64,000 nucleotides of DNA from Anaerolineae bacterium (GTDB lineage: Bacteria; Chloroflexota; Anaerolineae; Fen-1058): assembly GCA_035283185.1 (NCBI GenBank), contig DATEUJ010000022.1, positions 278 through 64,277 on the forward strand. Reading direction: 5' to 3'. Position 1 is the first letter of the stretch. The number at the start of each line of letters is the position of its first letter. The notes beneath the pieces are model-generated. The model was not told the DNA's origin. It saw only the letters and a program-made list of their open reading frames with translations, and searched no databases. The position numbers were made by a program, and so were the translations under genes. Below are positions 42,854 through 51,351 of the stretch, piece after piece.

Positions 42854-43159
42854 CTACGCCTGCTCTAAAATCTTCTCTCTCAGCCAAACATTCACGAGTG
42901 TTTCGGAGGGCACATGCTTGGCTTTGGCGATCTCGGTCAGTTTCTCCGCCACATCGTCGTCAATGGCGACGACGTGTGTACGCTTTTCGAGATCGATCTC
43001 GAATTCCGCTTCAGGCATCTGATCCAGATAATCGCCGAGATCGTGCGTCTCGAAGAACTCGACCAGTTCATCAAGCGAGTAGACCTCGACATGATGCTTC
43101 ACAATGAGTTTATCGACCACGTCTCTGAGCCAGATAAGGCCACTGATCTTCATCCGCAT
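42854..43159 (-). CDS. Small hypothetical protein; C-terminal half resembles a CopG/BrnA-type antitoxin tail
   Basis: ...HDLGDYLDQMPEAEFEIDLEKRTHVVAIDDDVAEKLTEIAKAKHVPSETLVNVWLREKI. Weak assignment. Confidence 0.4.
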   Translation of the reverse strand: MRMKISGLIWLRDVVDKLIVKHHVEVYSLDELVEFFETHDLGDYLDQMPEAEFEIDLEKRTHVVAIDDDVAEKLTEIAKAKHVPSETLVNVWLREKILEQA

Positions 43160-43286
43160 CTCCCGAGCGCTGTGCGCCTGACAGCACCGAAGAAGAACAA
43201 GCGAGACCAGGGTCAGTTATACAGTACAGGATGACACGTGTCAAGCAGGCGTCGCGCTCGTGTGTACGCAAATGTTGTCATCAACC

Positions 43287-43341
43287 GTAGGGCGCGTTTC
43301 CATACGCGCCGCAAATTGGCGGCTATCGAAAGCCGCCCTAC
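43287..43341. repeat. REP family 2 doublet
   Basis: gtagggcgcgtttccatacgcgcc gcaaatt ggcggctatcgaaagccgccctac. Confidence 0.7.
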
Positions 43342-43420
43342 GTCCGGCCTGACATGTTTTGCGTGCACACCGCGCTCCGGGTGCGTGTCAGGATTTTGCG
43401 TGCGCGCTGCTTCACGCGAG

Positions 43421-45361
43421 CTATGGCTGTATCTGGACGCTTCCAATCTCGACCCAGGCATCGGCCTCCGGCCCGGCATCACGCCCGCTCACCGGCAGAC
43501 GCTGCATGGTCTGGAGATCGTACAGCCCCATGACCAGCCGCGCGTCGCCGGCAATCGGCGCGTCGTCCGATACGTTCAAAGTATAGGTATCCAGGAAGGC
43601 GCGGCCGGGCGCCCACATGGTCGTTGCATACTTTCCGGAGAGAGGATAGGTGTCCTGCTGGGCAATCGATCCGAGCACCGGATCGTACAGGTGCACAAAG
43701 ACCGTGTACGGCTGTTGCGTGGCGGCCTGTGGAAGCCAATGAACCGTCACGTCGAGGCTTTCGCCAGGGCGTACCGTGTCTCGGTTCACCGCATAACCGA
43801 CTACGCGCGCGACACCCCCGATGTCGGCGTCGAGCGACGTCATGCCGTTCAGGTCAGCCGCACCCGGCACAGGGGGCGGTGGGTAGCCGGCCACGGACAA
43901 GCCATAATAGTCGGATGCGCACGTGTTCGTCCAATGCTTCTGATATGGACCGATGACATCCAATCCCGCAAAGTCGTCCGGAGCCGGCAGCGTGACGGCA
44001 GTCGCGCCATGCGCCTTCGCCTCTCGCACACCGCGATCGAAAACAGCCCACGTGGCAGCGTGGGCGCTCACGGCAGGAAGCAGCTCCAGGGTCCGCGTGG
44101 CCGAGCGGATCGAATGCGGAACGGCAACGAGCAGGACAATCACCAGGAGCGGCGACCCAAGGCGGGCGGGCCTCGCCCGGCGGCGCAGGACCAGTCCCGC
44201 CAGATAGCCCCAGCCGGCCAGCGCGCAGACCACGACGTACTGCTGAATGATCAGGACGCGATCGGGCGGGAGCGTCAGCACGGCATACGATGTAGCCAGG
44301 AAACACACAAAGACGAGGACAAGCGTGACGATCGGAATGAGCATCAGGCCTAGCCCGGCCTTACGCCAATCACTGCTAAAATCCGCGCCATGCTCGTCGT
44401 CCGCATGGCGTACTCGCATGGCGAGCAGCGCAGGGAGCAGTACGGCGAGCAGCCAGCCCACTGGCGAGCGCGCCAAGGATGCCTGAACGAACCCCAGGTT
44501 GCCGATAGTATAGTCGAGTGTAATTTCGGCGAGCGTGCTCACATCGAGTGACGGCAGAGGGCCTTCCAGCCTGGCGCGCGTGCCCGGCGCATACACTACC
44601 AGCATGGCTGCCAACACGGAGCCGGCCAGCCCGGCGACGAGCAGAATGACGATGCGGCGCCTGAGCGGCGCCGGGACGAGCATCAAACTGCCGGCGACGG
44701 CCAGGCCGAGCGCGCCGATCTGTAGCAGGACCGCCACCTCGGAAAACCCGCCGATCGCGGTCGCCATTGCCGCGCTGAGAACGGCCTTCATCCAGAAGCG
44801 TGGACGATGGGAGGCCGGATCGCTCCAGCGAATGAGAAGCCCTGCGTATGCCGTCGTCAAAATCAGGGGCATCGTGTAGGTGACCATTCCTGTCTGCCAG
44901 AAGAGCGACTGCGGCACGTTCGGAGTCCCCTCGAGCGTGAAGAACACGATGAGCGCCGCCATCAAGACAGCTCCCCCTGAAAAATGGCGGGCACGCGGGT
45001 GGCGCTTCATCTGCCCGAGCGTCCATGTGATGGTGATCAGCCAAGCGATAACGCCGAGCGCAGGCAGGATAGCCGTGATCCCGGGGCCGAGCAGCTCGAT
45101 GGCGCTGACGGCAAATGTGAACGCGTATCGGCCCGACCACCATGTGTACCAGTGCGCTTGCGCCGGCCAGAATCCCTGTGCCTGGACGACGGCCGCCGTG
45201 CAGTAATCGTCGGCCATGTAGCGCGTGAACCATCCGACGTAGCCGTAAATGATCAGGGGAACGGCCAACGCGACGAGCAGCACAACCGCCAGGACATCGA
45301 CCTTGTCGAGGAAGCGTCGCGAAAGGCTTGTCCTGAGCGAGGGCGAAGGAAGCGCAGACAT
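43421..45361 (-). CDS. Polytopic membrane protein with C-terminal extracytoplasmic domain (function unknown; glycosyltransferase-C-like topology)
   Basis: MSALPSPSLRTSLSRRFLDKVDVLAVVLLVALAVPLIIYGY... with more than 10 TM segments. ATG 45361 is preferred over the ORF-track start, which reads through a repeat. Confidence 0.6.
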   Translation of the reverse strand: MSALPSPSLRTSLSRRFLDKVDVLAVVLLVALAVPLIIYGYVGWFTRYMADDYCTAAVVQAQGFWPAQAHWYTWWSGRYAFTFAVSAIELLGPGITAILPALGVIAWLITITWTLGQMKRHPRARHFSGGAVLMAALIVFFTLEGTPNVPQSLFWQTGMVTYTMPLILTTAYAGLLIRWSDPASHRPRFWMKAVLSAAMATAIGGFSEVAVLLQIGALGLAVAGSLMLVPAPLRRRIVILLVAGLAGSVLAAMLVVYAPGTRARLEGPLPSLDVSTLAEITLDYTIGNLGFVQASLARSPVGWLLAVLLPALLAMRVRHADDEHGADFSSDWRKAGLGLMLIPIVTLVLVFVCFLATSYAVLTLPPDRVLIIQQYVVVCALAGWGYLAGLVLRRRARPARLGSPLLVIVLLVAVPHSIRSATRTLELLPAVSAHAATWAVFDRGVREAKAHGATAVTLPAPDDFAGLDVIGPYQKHWTNTCASDYYGLSVAGYPPPPVPGAADLNGMTSLDADIGGVARVVGYAVNRDTVRPGESLDVTVHWLPQAATQQPYTVFVHLYDPVLGSIAQQDTYPLSGKYATTMWAPGRAFLDTYTLNVSDDAPIAGDARLVMGLYDLQTMQRLPVSGRDAGPEADAWVEIGSVQIQP

Positions 45362-45365
45362 AAGC

Positions 45366-45437
45366 TTGTCCTGAGCCGAAGCCCTGAGCCGAAGCCCTGA
45401 GCGTAGCGAAGGGGCAGGCGAAGGGGCAGGCGAAGGA
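45366..45437. repeat. Short tandem-repeat hairpin-like element
   Basis: ttgtcctgagccgaagccctgagccgaagccctgagcgtagcgaaggggcaggcgaaggggcaggcgaagg. Confidence 0.65.
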
Positions 45438-45441
45438 GTGG

Positions 45442-47001
45442 TTAACGCGACCAGCGCGGCGATCGGATCGCGCCATCCGTCGTGAGCTGTTGCACCTCGC
45501 CGCTGAGCGCGTCGACGAGGTAAAGATCGCCCTGATACACCCCGCCAACGGCGGGCCGCGTTTGATAAGTGACGACGAGCTGCGTGCCATCCGGCGACCA
45601 CGCCAGGTCAGGACGGCCCAGCAGACCGAGGCCGTCTCCGGGCGGGAAGACGCGCCGCCGGTTGCTGCCGTCGCGGTCGATCAGCAGCAGGCTGTAGCGG
45701 CTTTGGTTGCTGTCGAACGGCTCCTCAGGCTGGCCGACCACCATCAACGGGTGTGCCGCATTGACTGACCAGCGCGGCTCCGACCACATGCCGGCCGGAT
45801 TGAACAGGCGCACAAGCGTCGCCCCGTCACGGCTGACGGCGTAGACGTCGAAGCGCTCGCTGTCCTCGTCGGCGCGCCCGGCCTGCGATTTCCCGTGCAG
45901 CGTGAAGACGACGAACTGCCCGTCGGGCGACCACGAGGGCGCGGGCACCCAGGCCCACGTCGAGCGTGTGTTGAAGGCGGTGAAGGTGACCAGTCGCGTG
46001 GCTTCGGGGATGCGCGCCGTCATCGTGATGACGCCGACGCCGTCGGTGTCGGCAAACGCCATGTATGCGCCGTCGGGCGACCAGGCGAAGGTCGTGCCCC
46101 ACCACGGATACGTGGCGCCAGTGTATTCCTCGCGGATGCGCCGGGCGCGGCCGGGCGCGCCGTCGCTGACCGGCAGCGTGAACAGGTCGTTGTGCGCGCG
46201 CCAGCGCGCCGGCCCCGAGGACGGCTCGGCGGTGGAGTACGCGATCGACTCGCCGTCGGGCGACCAGGCGGCCCACAACACGCCCGACACGCCGAGCGCC
46301 CGCGCTTCGGGTGTGGCGAGCGCCGTGTCGGCGAGCCACAGCTCGTTCAGCGTGTCGGTGACGGCGCGTGTGTAGATCAGCCACCGCCCGTCGGGAGAGA
46401 GATCGAACACCAGGCCGTCGAGATCGCCCTCGCTCGTGACGGGGCGGCGGCTGCCGGCCGTCTCGCGCATGACGAAGGCGTTGTTGTTGCTGACGAAGGC
46501 GATCGTGCCGGTGAAGGGCACGTTCGAGAAGATGTCCTTAATGCCGACGCGGACGATCTCGGGGGTGGGCCGGACTTCCTGTGGCTCGCCGGCCAGCTCG
46601 CGCTTGACCTCGACGCCGTCCTCGAGCGTGATGCGATAGGTCATCACGCGCTCGCCGTTGCGGCCGGCCTGGATGGGGATAGGCGTGCCGGGCGGGATCG
46701 AGGCGTCGCGCAGTATTTGCGTGCCGAACGGGATCGTCTCGGTGACGACCTCGGTTGTCTGCGTGACGCGAATGACCGTGACGCTCGCGCCGTCCTGCAG
46801 CGAGGCGGTCTCGAGCGGGCGCACCTTGTCCAGCTCGCCGAGCGTGACGCCGGCCTGTCGCAAGAACGCGCCGACTGTGCGGGCATCGGTGACGATGGCG
46901 CGCGTTTCGCCGTCGACGGTCAGATTGACGCCGATCTGCTCGGGCTGGCGCGCGCTACAGGCCGCCAGGAACAGGGCCAGCAGGATAAGGCTCCGTTTCA
47001 C
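45442..47001 (-). CDS. Lipoprotein with DUF348/G5-like N-terminal region and TolB-like (PD40) beta-propeller
   Basis: Lipobox LLALFLAAC. ...VTVIRVTQTTEVVTETIPFGTQILRDASIPPGT...GRNGERVMTYRITLEDG (G5-like). Repeated SPDG/WSPDG propeller motifs. Confidence 0.7.
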   Translation of the reverse strand: MKRSLILLALFLAACSARQPEQIGVNLTVDGETRAIVTDARTVGAFLRQAGVTLGELDKVRPLETASLQDGASVTVIRVTQTTEVVTETIPFGTQILRDASIPPGTPIPIQAGRNGERVMTYRITLEDGVEVKRELAGEPQEVRPTPEIVRVGIKDIFSNVPFTGTIAFVSNNNAFVMRETAGSRRPVTSEGDLDGLVFDLSPDGRWLIYTRAVTDTLNELWLADTALATPEARALGVSGVLWAAWSPDGESIAYSTAEPSSGPARWRAHNDLFTLPVSDGAPGRARRIREEYTGATYPWWGTTFAWSPDGAYMAFADTDGVGVITMTARIPEATRLVTFTAFNTRSTWAWVPAPSWSPDGQFVVFTLHGKSQAGRADEDSERFDVYAVSRDGATLVRLFNPAGMWSEPRWSVNAAHPLMVVGQPEEPFDSNQSRYSLLLIDRDGSNRRRVFPPGDGLGLLGRPDLAWSPDGTQLVVTYQTRPAVGGVYQGDLYLVDALSGEVQQLTTDGAIRSPRWSR

Positions 47002-47084
47002 GCGCGAAATGATACCATACTCGTTGTGAAGCAGTTCACACCGGCCCGATGGTCAACTTCACCGGGCGCCATCTGACTTCCTCA

Positions 47085-47113
47085 CTGACAACGGCCCGAT
47101 TATCGTATATAGT
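47085..47113 (+). promoter_or_regulatory. Sigma-70-like promoter candidate for the repeat-protein gene
   Basis: CTGACA (47085-47090), 17-nt spacer, TATAGT (47108-47113). The start codon lies 44 nt downstream, with a GGAG-containing RBS. Confidence 0.4.
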
Positions 47114-47156
47114 GGCTTCACAAAATCCGAGAATACATATCAGAGAGGAGATTACG

Positions 47157-47981
47157 ATGAGCGTGCAAGATACTCGAAAAGTCGTGAGTCGCGCGGTCAT
47201 GGATGAGGAATTCCGTCGAACCCTGTTCAGCGACCCGGACACGGCGCTGACCGGTTACGATCTCACCCCCGATGAAGTGCAGGCCCTGCGCTCCATCCCG
47301 GCCGAGACGATGGACGATTTCGCCAACCACCTGGAAGAGCGCATATCGATGTCCGTGATTGCCTTCGGCGCTGCGGCATTTGGCAGCCAGGCGGAAGGCA
47401 GCACCGCTCACGGCGCTCACGCGGCGGGCAGCAGCGCGATGGGCAGCCAGGCAGAAGGCGCTGCCGCTTACGGCGCTCATGCGGCCGGCAGCAGCGCGAT
47501 GGGTAGTCAGGCAGAAGGCAGCGCCGCTTACGGCGCTCACGCGGCGGGCAGCAGTGCGATGGGCAGTCAGGCGGAAGGCGCTGCCGCTTACGGCGCTCAC
47601 GCGGCAGGCAGCAGCGCGATGGGCAGTCAGGCGGAAGGCAGTGCCGCTTATGGCGCTCATGCGGCGGGCAGCAGCGCGATGGGTGCCCAGGCAGAGGGCA
47701 GTGCCGCTTACGGCGCGCAGGCAGAAGGCAGCAGCGCGATGGGCGCCCAGGCGGAAGGCAGCGCCGCTTATGGTGCTCAAGCGGAAGGCAGCAGCGCAAT
47801 GGGCGCGCAGGCGGAAGGCGCTGCCGCTTATGGTGCTCAGGCGGAAGGCAGTGTCGCTTACGGCGCGCAGGCCGCAGACAGCGCCGTGATGAGCGCTCAG
47901 GCTTCCTGGCTACAGCGTCTCGCCGCGGCGCTCGGCATCGGCGGTGGCTCGGGCGGCGGCGGCAAGCACGACCTCTATTAG
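47157..47981 (+). CDS. Repeat protein: NHLP/Nif11-clan-like leader domain followed by a Gly/Ala/Ser-rich 10/20-aa repeat region
   Basis: MSVQDTRKVVSRAVMDEEFRRTLFSDPDTALTGYDLTPDEVQALRSIPAETMDDFANHLEERIS, then repeats A[YM]GA[HQ]A[AE]GSSAMG[SA]QAEG[SA]A. Ends GIGGGSGGGGKHDLY. RBS GAGAGGAG. Confidence 0.8.
   Translation: MSVQDTRKVVSRAVMDEEFRRTLFSDPDTALTGYDLTPDEVQALRSIPAETMDDFANHLEERISMSVIAFGAAAFGSQAEGSTAHGAHAAGSSAMGSQAEGAAAYGAHAAGSSAMGSQAEGSAAYGAHAAGSSAMGSQAEGAAAYGAHAAGSSAMGSQAEGSAAYGAHAAGSSAMGAQAEGSAAYGAQAEGSSAMGAQAEGSAAYGAQAEGSSAMGAQAEGAAAYGAQAEGSVAYGAQAADSAVMSAQASWLQRLAAALGIGGGSGGGGKHDLY
47375..47900 (+). repeat. 60-bp tandem repeat, about 8.5 copies, inside the CDS
   Basis: The eight sequence lines 47401-47880 (60 nt each) align column for column, e.g. 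...ccgcttacggcgctcacgcggcgggcagcagcgcgatgggcag.caggc.gaaggc. Each unit is two diverged 30-bp halves. Confidence 0.95.
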
Positions 47982-48022
47982 ACGCGAAGATTCAGCATAA
48001 CACCAATCGACCTGAACGAAAT

Positions 48023-48060
48023 CCGAGCCGCCCCGATCGGGGCGGCTCGGTCGTTTTGTT
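48023..48060 (+). terminator. Rho-independent terminator of the repeat-protein gene
   Basis: ccgagccgcccc gatc ggggcggctcgg (perfect 12-bp stem) followed by tcgttttgtt. Confidence 0.8.
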
Positions 48061-48100
48061 CGCGGCACGCTAGTACTCCGCCACGGTGGTTTTGCTCGGC

Positions 48101-48149
48101 GTAGCGTAGGGCCTCGTGCCCGTCAGACGCCCACAAGGGGCTAAGCTAC
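48101..48149. repeat. REP family 1 doublet
   Basis: gtagcgtagggcctcgtgcccg tcaga cgcccacaaggggctaagctac. Confidence 0.8.
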
Positions 48150-48174
48150 CCATCAATTTGCATGTGGCGGCGTA

Positions 48175-49422
48175 CTAGGTTTGATCCTCGACCGCGGCGT
48201 CCGGAGCCTGCCGTTTGACGAGGTCGATGCCGTGCTCGCAGTCAGACTTGCGGCTGTATCCCTCGTTGGAGTCGGCGATGATCTCGCCGTTGATGGCACG
48301 CAGCCGCCAACGGTACTCGCCTCGGCGGTCCCGGTAGATCTGGAACCGGGCCGTTCGCTCTACGGCCTCAACCGCTCTGGCTTCTTCGAGTTCCATATAC
48401 CGCTCGCCATGAGAGGCAAGGGCAGCCCACTTCCCCGGCCCAATCTCGGCCCAGACATCCTTGCCCTCCAGGTCCATGATGTTCACACTGTCGCCGAGAT
48501 GCAAATCGCCGATGTCACTGCTGCCGGTGCTCGGGCCACTGCGTATGTTGAGTGTCGGGATCGACACGCGCGCCCGTACCCCTTCCAGTTCCATGTAGCG
48601 CTGATCGTGAACGGCGAAGGCGGCCCATTTCCCCGCTTCGATCTCCACCCAAACATCCTGTCCACTGAGCGCCAGGATGCTCACCACGTCGCCCTTCTGC
48701 AAATCGCCGATGTCGGTGTAATTCGCGCCGGGGCCGTTGCGAAGGTTGAGGGTCGGGACGGACACACGCGCCTGTAGTCCGACGCCGGGGCGCGGCTGCG
48801 GCTGTGGGACTGTGCCGGCGTACTTCAGCAAATCCTCGTAGGCGCCAGCATACCAGTTCAAGTCGGTCGAGCCTGCGCTGACACCCGGGACACTTCCTTT
48901 ATTCGAATACTGCCAGAACTTCCACTCACTCCATCCCGCCGGTAGTATTGGCGTGGCCACGCCGTAGCTGGCGACCCACAAATCGTACGCCGACCACTCC
49001 GACGACGGTAAGACGTGACTGTTCCAAAACCACTTGGCGGTGTAGATAATCGGCTTTCGGCCACCGGTCTGCTCGACCTTGTGCAAGCAGCCCTGGATAC
49101 AGGCCGTGATGTCGGCAGGGCTGAGATCGCCATGGAGTTCAATGTCCAGCACGAGTGGCAAGTCGGCTCTTCGGTCGCCCAGGGCCTCAAACAGGCGAGC
49201 CACTTGTGAATCGGCCGGATGCTCGGGTTTCACCACATGGTATGCGGAGACGAGGAGACCCGCGTTGCGCGCGCCAGCCCAGTTCGCGTGAAGTCGGGGA
49301 TCGATATATGTCTCGCCGACTGTGGCTCGAATCACCGCAAAACGATAGCCAGCCGATGCAACTATCTCCCAGTTGATATCTCCCTGCCAGCGCGATACGT
49401 CGATTCCTGGTGTAGTGGTCAT
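48175..49422 (-). CDS. GH25 muramidase fused to two SH3-like domains and a C-terminal YegP (DUF1508)-like domain
   Basis: GIDVSRWQGDINWEIVASAGYRFAVIRATVGE...LLVSAYHV. Two repeats VSxPTLNxRxGP...DIGDLxxGD...W. C-terminus ARFQIYRDRRGEYRWRLRAINGEIIADSNEGYSRKSDCEHGI. Confidence 0.8.
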   Translation of the reverse strand: MTTTPGIDVSRWQGDINWEIVASAGYRFAVIRATVGETYIDPRLHANWAGARNAGLLVSAYHVVKPEHPADSQVARLFEALGDRRADLPLVLDIELHGDLSPADITACIQGCLHKVEQTGGRKPIIYTAKWFWNSHVLPSSEWSAYDLWVASYGVATPILPAGWSEWKFWQYSNKGSVPGVSAGSTDLNWYAGAYEDLLKYAGTVPQPQPRPGVGLQARVSVPTLNLRNGPGANYTDIGDLQKGDVVSILALSGQDVWVEIEAGKWAAFAVHDQRYMELEGVRARVSIPTLNIRSGPSTGSSDIGDLHLGDSVNIMDLEGKDVWAEIGPGKWAALASHGERYMELEEARAVEAVERTARFQIYRDRRGEYRWRLRAINGEIIADSNEGYSRKSDCEHGIDLVKRQAPDAAVEDQT

Positions 49423-50261
49423 GGTTTAGCCTCCGAGTATGTCCCTGATGGGCCACTTCGAATTCGCTCCTTCGATTTCCTGATATCGGATCCCCATATG
49501 CCTTCAAGCCACCACGTCACCCCGGCTTCAGCATATGACTGAACGATCTTGGCTCCCTTCTTGAGATCGGACGACGTTTCATCCGCAAACGCTACGTCAA
49601 AAGGATCGGAGCCATCCCGAAAGCTTTTCACATAAGCCACGATCTCTCTGATCTCTTTCGGAGTGACTCGCTCCCCGTTCGCCTGCTGTGTCATGACGTA
49701 TATGCCATCCCAGCGTGCCGCTCGGCGGAATGGTCTACGGTTAGGCCACCCGCCTGCGACCCAGACGGGAATTCTGGGTGACTGAATCGGTCGAGGAAGA
49801 AGCTGCACCTCCTTGATCTGATAATGCTTTCCCTGAAAGCTGAACGGTTCACCTGTCCACAGCCCACTCAGTATCGCCAGACCCTCGTCCAGTTTTTCGG
49901 CTCGAAGCTCGGGATCGGCCTCTTCCCCGAAAGCGGTGAAATCGAGTGCGTCGAACCCCAAGCCTGCTCCAAAGATCAGTCGCCCTTTCGACAAGTGGTC
50001 TAACGACACCGTCTCGCGGGCGACCTTCCAGGGACGTCGTCGGGGCAGGGCTGTCATGAAGGCCCCGATTCGGAGGCGTGCAGTCTGCATGGCGATGGCG
50101 GCTAATGCCACCCAGGGATCAACGACCGCTTGGTCCGATACCATATAGTCCTGCACAAAAAAGCCGTCCCAGCCGGCTTGCTCGGCTTCGGCTGCCAGAT
50201 CAGCCAACAGGCGCGGGTTGGCGTACTCTCCGGCAATGGACACGTCAAGCCCATACTTCAT
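49419..50261 (-). CDS. Luciferase-like (LLM class) flavin/F420-dependent oxidoreductase
   Basis: MKYGLDVSIAGEYANPRLLADLAAEAEQAGWDGFFVQDYM...LSKGRLIFGAGLG. 4-nt overlap with the downstream gene. Confidence 0.75.
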   Translation of the reverse strand: MKYGLDVSIAGEYANPRLLADLAAEAEQAGWDGFFVQDYMVSDQAVVDPWVALAAIAMQTARLRIGAFMTALPRRRPWKVARETVSLDHLSKGRLIFGAGLGFDALDFTAFGEEADPELRAEKLDEGLAILSGLWTGEPFSFQGKHYQIKEVQLLPRPIQSPRIPVWVAGGWPNRRPFRRAARWDGIYVMTQQANGERVTPKEIREIVAYVKSFRDGSDPFDVAFADETSSDLKKGAKIVQSYAEAGVTWWLEGIWGSDIRKSKERIRSGPSGTYSEAKP

Positions 50262-50584
50262 GGCAATCAGAACTTGGGCTGCCCACTATGCAGAAATGCC
50301 GTTACCTTTGGCCCTCTTGCGACGCTGGGATACGGCCTTCCAGAAGTCTTTTTCTGAAAGCCCTTTACCCGCCTTGATACTCTGCCATGATCTATTCAGC
50401 ATGTCTTGAAAACGCGGCGAGCGTGCGATGAGGATGTTTTCCAACTTCGGCCGGCGTGGCATCGACTACGATTGTAGTCTGCATTCTGGTGTTGTCAACC
50501 TGTGGCTGTTCTCCCCTTGTGGACGGAGAGGTGGGTCGGGTTAGAGAGGCGAGCAACAGAGACGTGTACAATCACCAGGGCCGC

Positions 50585-50635
50585 TTACCGCGCGTACAGC
50601 CACTCCGCCGTCCCGCGCAGAAGGTGACTGCCTCC
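50585..50635 (-). pseudogene. 51-nt remnant of the 3' end of an amidohydrolase gene (paralogous to 62957..63823)
   Basis: The minus strand reads GGSHLLRGTAEWLYAR*, against ...QILRGTAERLYAR* at the end of the intact gene. The DNA taccg.gcgtacagcc.ctccgccgtcccgcgcagaa is near-identical at both sites. Confidence 0.65.
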
Positions 50636-50669
50636 CTGACCGTAGCTGGGCAGCGCCACGGGCCGAGGC

Positions 50670-51298
50670 TCAAACCGTCACAAAGAATATGCCGATCACA
50701 ATCAGCCAGATTGACCACAAGATGTAGCTGATAGCGTTGAGTGATCCAGCCGCCTGGAAGCCGCTCTCTTCAAAAACGCCAACAAAGATACCAAGAGCCG
50801 GAATCAACCCCACCCACCCCAGCCATGTCGGATACTCGGACGGCTGCGTTAGGGCCGCCGTAATCAAGACAGTCCAGAGGCTGGTAAACAAAAAGCCTAG
50901 ATGCTCACCGATAGCCACACCGGCGTAACGATGGACAGCTTGAAAGACGACGGTGATAGCGTCTCGTGTGGCCTGACTGATGCTGGGATCCGCATAGGTG
51001 TGGGCCAGATGCCGAACGACGAACGGCCAGCGAATCAGGCCGAGGACTTGCACCAGTCCGGCCAGCACGCCAGCCGTGACGGCGGCGGCGACAAAGACGG
51101 CGTCCCCGGGTGCCAGCACTTGAGGAGCGAGAAGGCCACCAAACGACTGCCGCCTGCGCGGAACCGCGTCAAGATGTAGTCCGTGGGCTTACGCAAGATG
51201 TCGGGGTACTCAAAGTGCCTTTGCAGCAGGAAGAACACCAGGTTGAAGGCGATGGGAATCACAATGAGAAGAATGCCCGTGACACGTGAGATGGTCAT
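50670..51298 (-). pseudogene. DUF4386-like membrane protein gene disrupted by a frameshift
   Basis: The N-terminal part is in one frame (MTISRVTGILLIVIPIAFNLVFFLLQRHFEYPDILRKPTDYILTRFRAGGSRLVAF, ORF 51035..51328). The rest is in another (ORF 50670..51119). The frames switch near 51115-51135. Confidence 0.6.
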
Positions 51299-51351
51299 GC
51301 GTACACAATCCTCCACATGAAGTACCACCGGCTCACGATCTATCGAGTTTG

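Noticed and set aside
31208-47076. Long ORFs 31208..32995(-), 35646..37007(-), 41146..43107(+), 41522..42853(-), 43238..44353(+), 44376..45590(-), 45895..47076(+), 33891..34628(-), 28360..29301(+)
   Set aside because: Each overlaps a gene on the other strand or frame that has strong motif support (molybdoenzyme, multihaem cytochrome, membrane proteins, propeller lipoprotein, trihaem cytochrome). Their own translations are Arg/Gly/Pro-rich without motifs.
47375-47900. CRISPR or minisatellite non-coding reading of the 60-bp tandem repeat; also alternative-frame ORFs 47118..47780(-), 47263..47799(-), 47359..47889(+)
   Set aside because: The repeats are contiguous with no spacers. They lie in frame within an ORF that has an RBS, a promoter-like hexamer pair and a terminator. 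Other frames give Arg/Cys-rich nonsense.
48175-49422. Prophage endolysin or prophage region
   Set aside because: There are no capsid, tail, terminase, holin or integrase genes in the flanks. The neighbours are a chromosomal oxidoreductase and a repeat-protein gene.
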